A stretch of 24,849 nucleotides of DNA from a virus (Duplodnaviria; Caudoviricetes): positions 1 through 24,849 of IMG/VR virus record IMGVR_UViG_3300016471_000011. One strand, written 5' to 3'. The notes below the pieces were generated by a model, which saw nothing but the letters and a program-made list of their open reading frames with translations, did not search any database and had not been told where the DNA came from. Positions 1 through 7,120 of this stretch are shown here, one piece after another. Position numbers and translations under genes: made by a program. Positions within the stretch are counted from its first letter, which is position 1. Each line of letters begins with the position of its first letter.

Positions 1-1
1 G

Positions 2-436
2 CTGACCACCGCTGCCAACCTGTCGCAGACCTCTCTGGAGCAGATGCTGATCCAGATTCGTCAAGCTGTTGACAACAACGGCAAGCGCATCCGCCTGACC
101 CCCGAAAAGCTGGTCGTGAGCCCAGCCAACGTGTTCCAGGCCGAAGTGCTGCTGAAGTCTGTCCTGCGTGCAGGTACCGGCAACAACGACATCAACCCAA
201 TCAAGTCGATGGGCATGTTGGGTGGTGGCCAAGCTAACCTGTCTCGTCTGACTTCGAACACCGCCTGGTGGGTGAAGACCGACGCGAAGGTCGGCCTGCA
301 GCTGATGATGCGTCGCAAGCTCGAGAAGAGCATGGAAGGTGATTTCGAAACCGACTCCATGCGCTACAAGGCGACTGAGCGCTACATTCCAGGCTGGACT
401 GACCCACGTACCGTATACGGTACCCCAGGTCTGTAA
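2..436 (+). CDS. Major capsid protein, C-terminal part (5' truncated by window edge)
   Basis: Frame is open from nt 2 (LTTAANLSQTSLEQMLIQI...). Motifs such as PEKLVVSPANVFQAEVLLKS, NNDINPI, TAWWVKTD and DFETDSMRYKATERY..GWTDPR resemble HK97-fold capsids of the Mu gpT-like type. A terminator and structural genes follow. Confidence 0.85.
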   Translation: MTTAANLSQTSLEQMLIQIRQAVDNNGKRIRLTPEKLVVSPANVFQAEVLLKSVLRAGTGNNDINPIKSMGMLGGGQANLSRLTSNTAWWVKTDAKVGLQLMMRRKLEKSMEGDFETDSMRYKATERYIPGWTDPRTVYGTPGL

Positions 437-442
437 ACCAAA

Positions 443-476
443 CGGGGAATCGGCTTCGGTCGGTTCCCCGATTTTC
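443..476 (+). terminator. Rho-independent terminator after the capsid gene
   Basis: 12-bp stem CGGGGAATCGGC (443-454) / GTCGGTTCCCCG (459-470) with two G-U pairs, a C(UUCG)G tetraloop and a following ATTTTC. The short U tract suggests partial read-through. Confidence 0.75.
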
Positions 477-510
477 AAACCTTTGTCAAGCTTTTCAAGG
501 AGAAGACAAA

Positions 511-1251
511 ATGCCGCAATTTTCAGACGACCTCTTTTTAGGGTCCGCCACAACCGAGATGGGCATGACCATCGTTGGCGATCCCTCCCCAATGTCCCAA
601 GGCGTTGGCCCTCTTGGCCGCATCTACGTTTGGGACACCGTTCCGCTTGCCAAGGGCAATGCAAACATCGCCGCCGCTTCCGTGTGGACCAGCTCCATTA
701 CCCTGACCGCTGGCACTGGCGTGACTGCAACTACCAACGCAGCCGGCACCTCTGTGCTTCAGCTCGACGTCCCCCGTGTCGTGACGGTCACGACAGGCGC
801 AGGTACGCCAACTAGCCGCAACGTGACCATCAGCGGTTTCGACATCTATGGCCAGCCCATGAGCGAAGTGATCGCCACCGGCACCGTGGCTTCGACCACG
901 ACTGCTGGCAAGAAAGCCTTCCATCAGATCAGCAGCGCAACGATCAGCGGTTCTCCAGTGGTAACCGTGTCTGTAGGCACCGGTGACGTGTTTGGCTGCC
1001 CTGTGCGCTTCACCAACCGTGGCTATTTGGCTCGTGTGGGCTGGGACAACGTCTTGGCTGGGGACGCAGCAACTGTGGTTGTTGGCGATACCGCAACTGC
1101 AACTACGACGACAGGCGATGTCCGTGGCACCGTGGCACCATCCTCGGCAGCCGATGGCGTTAAGCGCCTCGTGGTTGCTGTGCTGTTGCCTGCATTGGCG
1201 GCTGGTCCTAACGCGACTCGCGCTGGCGCGCTTGGCGTAACTCAAGGCTGA
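511..1251 (+). CDS. Virion structural protein (possible capsid decoration or minor capsid protein)
   Basis: AAGGAG RBS upstream. 246 aa, rich in T/A/G/V with beta-type composition, directly after the major capsid gene. Confidence 0.6.
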   Translation: MPQFSDDLFLGSATTEMGMTIVGDPSPMSQGVGPLGRIYVWDTVPLAKGNANIAAASVWTSSITLTAGTGVTATTNAAGTSVLQLDVPRVVTVTTGAGTPTSRNVTISGFDIYGQPMSEVIATGTVASTTTAGKKAFHQISSATISGSPVVTVSVGTGDVFGCPVRFTNRGYLARVGWDNVLAGDAATVVVGDTATATTTTGDVRGTVAPSSAADGVKRLVVAVLLPALAAGPNATRAGALGVTQG

Positions 1252-1263
1252 TAGGAGAATACC

Positions 1264-1686
1264 ATGGCAGATGCAGTAGCAACTCAAACCATCTTTGATG
1301 GGGAGCGCATGGCGATCCAGAAGTTCACGAACATCTCCGATGGTACTGGTGAAAACAAGGTCCTCAAGGTCGATGTGTCGGCCTTGCTTCCAAACAACCT
1401 GGGTATTGCGTGCAATGGGGTGACTATCACCAAAATTCACGCAAGCACCCATGGTATGGAAGTGCTGATGTACTGGGGTGCAACGACAGACGTACTGATC
1501 TACACGATTCCGCAAAACAGTCAATACACCTTCGACTTTGAAAAGTTTGGTGGCTTGACGAACAATGCGGGAACCGGTAAGACGGGCGACATCCTGTTCA
1601 GCACGGCAGACGCATCAAACGGGGACTTGTACACCATCACCCTCGAGATGGTCAAGCACTATCCCAACCCTTATAACAGCATCTGA
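1264..1686 (+). CDS. Conserved phage hypothetical, probably structural
   Basis: AGGAG RBS, 140 aa, beta-rich, in the head gene cluster. Confidence 0.6.
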   Translation: MADAVATQTIFDGERMAIQKFTNISDGTGENKVLKVDVSALLPNNLGIACNGVTITKIHASTHGMEVLMYWGATTDVLIYTIPQNSQYTFDFEKFGGLTNNAGTGKTGDILFSTADASNGDLYTITLEMVKHYPNPYNSI

Positions 1687-1688
1687 TC

Positions 1689-2249
1689 ATGGCAAACGTC
1701 AAGATCACAGACCTCACGTCAGGCACGACACTTGTCGGCACAGAGCTGTTCGAGGCAGTTCAGTCGGCATCTTCTGTCAAGCTCACGTCAACCCAGATCA
1801 AGACCTACTGCAGCGAAGATCCAATCTTTGTTGTCAGCGATACGGCCACCAACACGCCATCGACTGCTGCAACCCTGCAGCACACGTCGTCTGGCACCGT
1901 GGCCCCAGGCATTGGTGTCCGCTTGGACTTCGAGTGCCAGACTGCGTCGTCGAACAACGAGATTGGAGCCCGCATCGAGGCTGTGGCAACCAACGTCACG
2001 GCTACGACGGAAGCCTTTGACCTGATCATCAAGCTGATGACCGGCGGCGCCCTGCCAACGGAAGCCTTGAAATTGACCAGCGCGGGGGTCCTGTCGATCA
2101 CCGGCAACAGCCTTATTGTTGCCAACAGCCGAACGCCTGCTTCTGCCAATGCACCAGGCATTGCCGGCACGATTTGCTGGGACAGTAGCTACCTCTATGT
2201 CTGCATTGCCACAGATACCTGGAAACGGGTGGGGATTGCAACATGGTAA
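1689..2249 (+). CDS. Short fibre or appendage protein
   Basis: N-terminal MANVKITDL attachment-type motif. The C-terminal GTICWDSSYLYVCIATDTWKRV..W module is typical of small phage fibre proteins. Confidence 0.55.
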   Translation: MANVKITDLTSGTTLVGTELFEAVQSASSVKLTSTQIKTYCSEDPIFVVSDTATNTPSTAATLQHTSSGTVAPGIGVRLDFECQTASSNNEIGARIEAVATNVTATTEAFDLIIKLMTGGALPTEALKLTSAGVLSITGNSLIVANSRTPASANAPGIAGTICWDSSYLYVCIATDTWKRVGIATW

Positions 2250-2554
2250 ACGATCACAAGTTCGGCAAAAATGGCCAGACTGTGTTCGTGGCCAAAGGTG
2301 GTGCTGTTTGGGCCCGCAAGGAAGGGCAAAACCCCAAGGGCGGACTTAACCAGAAGGGCCGCGACGCCTACAACCGACAAACGGGCGGCAATCTCAAGCC
2401 CCCGGTATCTGCCAAGCAAGCAGCAAAGAGCCCAAAGGCCGCCTCAAGGCGCTCGAGCTTTTGTGCTCGCATGTCTGGCATGCCGGGCCAAATGAAAGAC
2501 GACAAGGGTCGACCGACACGGAAAGCCCTTGCCCTCAAAAAATGGGACTGCTAA
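2243..2554 (+). CDS. Small basic phage protein, DUF6321-like
   Basis: WARKEGQNPKGGLNQKGR...RRSSFCARMSG...ALKKWDC matches from memory a conserved phage family. Very K/R-rich and overlaps the upstream stop codon. Confidence 0.65.
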   Translation: MVNDHKFGKNGQTVFVAKGGAVWARKEGQNPKGGLNQKGRDAYNRQTGGNLKPPVSAKQAAKSPKAASRRSSFCARMSGMPGQMKDDKGRPTRKALALKKWDC

Positions 2555-2555
2555 C

Positions 2556-2753
2556 ATGATCGGACAAAAGATGGCCTTCAAACGTGGAGGCAAAGTAAAA
2601 GCACCTTGGGATAAGCCAAGGCCAAAGGACCTGCCCGCTCCTAAGAAACTCTCGCCTGCTGCAAAAGCCGGCGCCAAGGCAGCCGCGAAAGCAGCCGGAC
2701 GCCCCTATCCCAATCTCGTTGACAACATGCGGGCTGCCGCAAAAAGGAAATGA
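2556..2753 (+). CDS. Small basic phage protein (65 aa)
   Basis: ATG at 2556 follows the upstream TAA and is preferred to the TTG at 2529. K/A-rich, with the KKLSPAAKAGAKAAAKAAGRPYPNLVDNM motif. Confidence 0.7.
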   Translation: MIGQKMAFKRGGKVKAPWDKPRPKDLPAPKKLSPAAKAGAKAAAKAAGRPYPNLVDNMRAAAKRK

Positions 2754-2754
2754 C

Positions 2755-3711
2755 ATGGGAAAAACCTTGAAATACGGCGAGTTTTCATTCGCTGCGCCAA
2801 AACAACGTCCGACTACTGGCTCATACCGATCCACCAAAGGCATCTCGAAGTCAGTCTACGATCAGCCGCACGGCATGAAAGACGGCGGTTATGCCAAGGG
2901 TGGTCAGAAGATGACCGCGAAGCGCGAGCCGGAAGCTGTGGTTAAGCGCGAAGTGGCTCTTTTGAAGAAGGCTGGCGCCCCGAAGGCCCTGATTCAGCAC
3001 GAGGTGCGTGAAGTCAAGGGCGAAATGGACACTCCGGCCACTAAAAAGGCCGAAGTTGCCATGCTCCGCAAGGCCAAGGCGCCTTTGCAGATGATCAAGC
3101 ATGAGATGACTGAGCCAACCGCCATGAAAAAAGGCGGAAAGGCCTGCTACGCTGAGGGCGGCAAGGTCAAAATGCAGAAAAAAGTGGGCAAGGTCATGTC
3201 CGAGTTCAAGGAGGGGACCCTCCACTCAGGCAAAGAAGGCCCGGTGGTCAAGAATCCCAAGCAGGCTATTGCAATCGCCCTGTCCGAAGGCCGTAAGGCC
3301 GTCAAAAAAGCCGACGGAGGCCAAATTGCTGAGCAACGTCAGCAAAAAGCCACGCGAGATGAGGCCGATGAGGACATCTTGTCGGAATTGAGCCGCAAGT
3401 ATGGCTCGGCAATCACCGAAGGTGAGCAGTCAAGGGCCACTCAGGGTGCCCGTGAGATGGACATGATCCGGAAAGCCCAACAGGCAGACCAAATGATCCG
3501 TCAGAAGTCCCGCACCACCGAGACCCCTGAGGAGCGGGCAAGGATGTTGGGCCGACCAGCCTATAAAAAGGGCGGTTCTGTGGAATCCAAGCTGCAGAAG
3601 CATGCAAATATGCCCGCCAGCATGGCCCATGGTCCAGGAGCAGCCGCCAAGCTCAAACGAGGTGGCGTTCCAACGTTCTCAAAATTGCCCAAAATTGGAC
3701 GAATGAAGTAA
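2755..3711 (+). CDS. Basic modular protein with a DUF6496-like domain and seven xxxGG motifs (putative capsid-internal polyprotein)
   Basis: ATG at 2755 with AAGGAA upstream. Contains KVGKVMSEFKEGTLHSGKEGPVVKNPKQAIAIALSE (DUF6496-like, from memory) and a duplicated module of about 30 aa. Confidence 0.7.
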   Translation: MGKTLKYGEFSFAAPKQRPTTGSYRSTKGISKSVYDQPHGMKDGGYAKGGQKMTAKREPEAVVKREVALLKKAGAPKALIQHEVREVKGEMDTPATKKAEVAMLRKAKAPLQMIKHEMTEPTAMKKGGKACYAEGGKVKMQKKVGKVMSEFKEGTLHSGKEGPVVKNPKQAIAIALSEGRKAVKKADGGQIAEQRQQKATRDEADEDILSELSRKYGSAITEGEQSRATQGAREMDMIRKAQQADQMIRQKSRTTETPEERARMLGRPAYKKGGSVESKLQKHANMPASMAHGPGAAAKLKRGGVPTFSKLPKIGRMK

Positions 3712-3722
3712 AATTTAACGAA

Positions 3723-3781
3723 CCATTCCGGGTCTGCCGAATCGGCAAACCATCAATTTTCATGAGGAGCAGATCCGGTGG
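3723..3781 (+). promoter_or_regulatory. Putative structured 5' leader occluding the GTG start of the adaptor gene
   Basis: CCGGGTCTGC (3728-3737) pairs with GCAGATCCGG (3769-3778, one G-U), extended by CCA (3723-3725) with TGG (3779-3781). A competing inner hairpin is TGCCG-AAT-CGGCA (3735-3747). Confidence 0.4.
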
Positions 3782-4764
3782 CAGTTTCAGGCACAGTTAG
3801 TCAGACGGTATTCAACACGCGCAAGGTCGTCGACCATGCGTTTCGTCGTTGCCGTCTGCCTCCTCAGGGCGTCAGCTCTGAACAGCTGCAAATTGCTCTT
3901 GAGAACCTTTACCTGATTCTCAGTGCCCTGGCCAATCGAGGCCTGCAGCTCTGGTGCATCGAGCGGTACTTGATGCCTCTCTATGAGGCTCAAGGCCTGA
4001 TCGAGATGCCTGATGGCATCGTCGACATTCTCAACACCAACCTCCGCACCCTGCAGCAGGTCAGTGGCACTGAGACCCAAACGTCGACGGCCGTCACGAC
4101 GCAGTTCAGCACAGATACCCAGGTCACGACCGTTGGGATTCAGTGGTCTGGCGCTTCGGCACCTCTTGCATTCGAAACATCCAACGACAATGCAACGTGG
4201 ACCACGGTTGCAACCGAGGCCAATCCAAATGCTGCAGTCAATACCTACTCATGGTTTGACATCGAAGGGTCCCTAGCGACCCTCTATTTCAGGGTTCGCT
4301 CAACATCTGGCAACTTGAACGCAGCAGAGGTCTTCTTAGGCAACACGCCTACAGAGATTCCAATGGCTCGCTTGAACCGTGACGACTATGTCAACCTGCC
4401 CAACAAGCAGTTCCAAGGCCGTCCGTTGCAGTTCTGGGTAAACCGCCAACTAAACAACCCGATCTTGTATCTGTGGCCTGTGCCGTCTTCCCAGTTCGAA
4501 TCGGCGCAAGTCGTCGTCTGGGTGAAGCGGTACATCATGGACGTGGGCACCTTGACTCAGGAAATTGAAGTTCCTCAGCGCTGGTACGACGCCATGGTCT
4601 ATCAGCTGGCTGCAAAGATGGCAGAAGAGATTCCAACTGTCGATCCGCAGATGATCTCGATCCTGGACCAAAAAGCTCAACGTGCTTTGCTTGAAGCGGA
4701 GAACGAAGAGCGTGACGATAGCCCAATCTATCTCACACCAAACATTGCGGTGTACACGAGATGA
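3778..4764 (+). CDS. Head-tail adaptor / tail tubular protein A-like, with an inserted beta-sandwich domain
   Basis: GAGGAG RBS and GTG start. Helical N-terminus (VVDHAFRRC...NRGLQLW), YVNLPNK..QGRPLQFWV, LYLWPVP and a helical C-terminus (VPQRWYDAMVYQLA) are typical of podoviral adaptors. Confidence 0.7.
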   Translation: MAVSGTVSQTVFNTRKVVDHAFRRCRLPPQGVSSEQLQIALENLYLILSALANRGLQLWCIERYLMPLYEAQGLIEMPDGIVDILNTNLRTLQQVSGTETQTSTAVTTQFSTDTQVTTVGIQWSGASAPLAFETSNDNATWTTVATEANPNAAVNTYSWFDIEGSLATLYFRVRSTSGNLNAAEVFLGNTPTEIPMARLNRDDYVNLPNKQFQGRPLQFWVNRQLNNPILYLWPVPSSQFESAQVVVWVKRYIMDVGTLTQEIEVPQRWYDAMVYQLAAKMAEEIPTVDPQMISILDQKAQRALLEAENEERDDSPIYLTPNIAVYTR

Positions 4765-5060
4765 GCATCTGGCTTGACACCCGTGGCAACAGCACGCTGG
4801 GCATCGGCGTGTGTGATCGTTGCCGCCGGAAGATGTCGCTAGATGTCTTGTATTCTGACCCAAATTCTCCTGGGCTTCGCGTCTGCAGAGAGGACCTTGA
4901 CAACCTGGATCCGTACCGTCTGCCGCCTCGTCAGCCTGACCAAATTGCCCTGCCCTTCGTCAGGCCAGATGCTCCGATCGGAACCGATCCAGCAGGCCTG
5001 ATCACGGAAGATGGAAACAACTTCCTGATCGGCAACAACGATGAGTACCTGACGCCATGA
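4761..5060 (+). CDS. Small Cys-containing (Zn-ribbon-like) virion-associated protein
   Basis: CDRC...GLRVC..D motif, ATGA overlap with the adaptor gene, C-terminal LITEDGNNFLI motif. Confidence 0.65.
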   Translation: MSIWLDTRGNSTLGIGVCDRCRRKMSLDVLYSDPNSPGLRVCREDLDNLDPYRLPPRQPDQIALPFVRPDAPIGTDPAGLITEDGNNFLIGNNDEYLTP

Positions 5061-7120
5061 CAGTCCCATCAAATCTCATACCGACCCTGATCACTAGCCT
5101 GCCAGTCGCCCCGGTTCCTACACCGACGGCGACAATGGTTTGTGTGATCGGCGGCGTGACGTACCAGGTCCCATTTATTGACCTGCAGTCCACCGTGTCC
5201 GTGCCAGCAACCCGCATGATCAACACTGGCGGCGGCCTTCAAGGCGGTGGCAACCTGTCTGCTGACCGCACCTTGAGCATCGCCACGGCTGGCGTCACCA
5301 CAGACAAGATCGCAACGACCGGCGTCGTGGCCGGCACGTATGGCTCTGGGGCCATGATTCCTGTGGTGACAGTAAACGCCCAGGGCCAGGTCACGAGTGT
5401 CACTGAGGCCTCCCTAGTCATCTCTGGGTATGTTCCTGACACCAGGCAGATCATTGCAGGAACAGGACTCAGCGGTGGCGGCAACCTGCAAGCCAATCGC
5501 ACCCTTAGCGTCAACTTCTCAAACACCAACCCGCTTTCAGTTGGGTCGGCTACTCCTGGCGTCAGCAACGTTGCAGCCCGTGAAGACCACGTTCATCCGG
5601 CCATTGATCTGGCAGACGCGACAGAAGTCACTGGCATCTTGCCACTGACCCAGGGTGGCACAGGTCAACAAGTCTTGAACAACGTTCAAGGTGCCGTCTG
5701 GTACAACGACGGCACAGGATTTGCGCAAACAACTCAAGGTCTTCCGAGCCAAGTCTTGTTGTCAGGAGGTTCTTCAGCTCCTACTTGGGGATCGGCCTTG
5801 ATCGTCGCTGATCAACCGGCAAATTATGTCTATGCCGGTCCGACAAGCGGCGCGGCGGCCCCTACCACTTTCCGTTTGTTGGTCAACGCGGACATTCCAG
5901 CCACCTTGACCGGCAAGACAATGTCAGGCTCGCTGAATACGTTCAGCAACATTGGCAACGCATCTTTGACCAATAGCTCGGTCACCTACAACGGCGTGAA
6001 CGTTGCTCTTGGCGGATCTGGAACAATCACAGCCACCACTACGGCAGCACTGACAGTAGGGACTGGCCTGCAACTGAATTCAGGCACTACGTTTGACGGG
6101 TCTACTGCCAAGACCATCAGCATTGATAGCACGGTCGTCACGCTCACAGGGTCGCAGACGCTGACTGGCAAGACGATCAACGGTCCTGACAACACACTGA
6201 CCAACATCGGCAACTCCAGTCTGGTCAACTCAGCCATCACCGTTGGTACCACGTCAATCTCGCTGGGATCTAGCAGCCTGACACTGGGGGGCTTGACCTC
6301 TGTCACAGTCACCCAAAATCCATCGACAGACTACCAACTGGCCACCAAGCTCTATGTTGACACCGTAGCCCAAGGCCTTGACGCAAAAGCTTCTTGCGTC
6401 TACAGCACAACCAACAACATCAGCTTGTCTGGTCTGGCAACTCAGGCCGGTGGCGACTGGGCTAGCTCACTGACCGCAGGTGACCGCATCCTGGTCAAGA
6501 ACCAATCAGCCCCTGCACAGAACGGCATCTGGATTGCCGATGCGGCTGCGTGGACTAGGGCTCCGGACATGAATGATTGGGCGGAGGTTCCCCACGCCTT
6601 CACATTCATCCAAGACGGCGCAACCCTGGCCGACACAGGTTGGGTATGCACAGCCGCATCGACTGGCACCATTGGCGTGACTGCCATGCCATGGACCCAG
6701 TTCAGCGGAGCTGGTACCTACTTGGCTGGCACCGGCCTGACCCTGACCGGCACGACCTTTGCGCTTACTACCCCTGTTGCTGTGGCAAACGGCGGTACAG
6801 GTGTGACAACCAGCACCGGTTCCGGCGCAAACGTGTTGGCAACTAGCCCCACACTTGTGACCCCTTTGCTTGGCACTCCAACATCCGGCACGTTGACCAA
6901 CTGCACCGGCTTGCCATTGACCACTGGTGTCATCGGCACGTTGCCTGTTGGTAACGGCGGCACGGGCGCGACTACAACCCCGACAGCAGGGGCAGTCGCT
7001 TATGGCACTGGAACCGCTTACGGATTCTCGGCAGCAGGCTCTAGTGGCCAATTTTTGATTTCTGGTGGGACCGGTTCACCCACGTGGACTGACACCATTC
7101 CTGGAGGAACTTACGCATGA
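5057..7120 (+). CDS. Tail fibre protein (proximal)
   Basis: 687 aa, G/T/S/A-rich. GxGLxGGGNLxxxRTL repeats, a COG5301-like domain (ATKLYVD..AQGLDAKAS...GDRILVKNQ...QNGIW...WTRA), V/LxxxGGTG motifs, and a C-terminal GGTYA. Confidence 0.85.
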   Translation: MTVPSNLIPTLITSLPVAPVPTPTATMVCVIGGVTYQVPFIDLQSTVSVPATRMINTGGGLQGGGNLSADRTLSIATAGVTTDKIATTGVVAGTYGSGAMIPVVTVNAQGQVTSVTEASLVISGYVPDTRQIIAGTGLSGGGNLQANRTLSVNFSNTNPLSVGSATPGVSNVAAREDHVHPAIDLADATEVTGILPLTQGGTGQQVLNNVQGAVWYNDGTGFAQTTQGLPSQVLLSGGSSAPTWGSALIVADQPANYVYAGPTSGAAAPTTFRLLVNADIPATLTGKTMSGSLNTFSNIGNASLTNSSVTYNGVNVALGGSGTITATTTAALTVGTGLQLNSGTTFDGSTAKTISIDSTVVTLTGSQTLTGKTINGPDNTLTNIGNSSLVNSAITVGTTSISLGSSSLTLGGLTSVTVTQNPSTDYQLATKLYVDTVAQGLDAKASCVYSTTNNISLSGLATQAGGDWASSLTAGDRILVKNQSAPAQNGIWIADAAAWTRAPDMNDWAEVPHAFTFIQDGATLADTGWVCTAASTGTIGVTAMPWTQFSGAGTYLAGTGLTLTGTTFALTTPVAVANGGTGVTTSTGSGANVLATSPTLVTPLLGTPTSGTLTNCTGLPLTTGVIGTLPVGNGGTGATTTPTAGAVAYGTGTAYGFSAAGSSGQFLISGGTGSPTWTDTIPGGTYA
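5201..5512 (+). repeat. Two-copy 27-aa fibre repeat
   Basis: VPATRMINTGGGLQGGGNLSADRTLSI (5201-5281) and VPDTRQIIAGTGLSGGGNLQANRTLSV (5432-5512). Confidence 0.8.
5903..6274 (+). repeat. Two-copy 39-aa fibre repeat
   Basis: TLTGKTMSGSLNTFSNIGNASLTNSSVTYNGVNVALGGS (5903-6019) and TLTGKTINGPDNTLTNIGNSSLVNSAITVGTTSISLGSS (6158-6274). Confidence 0.8.
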
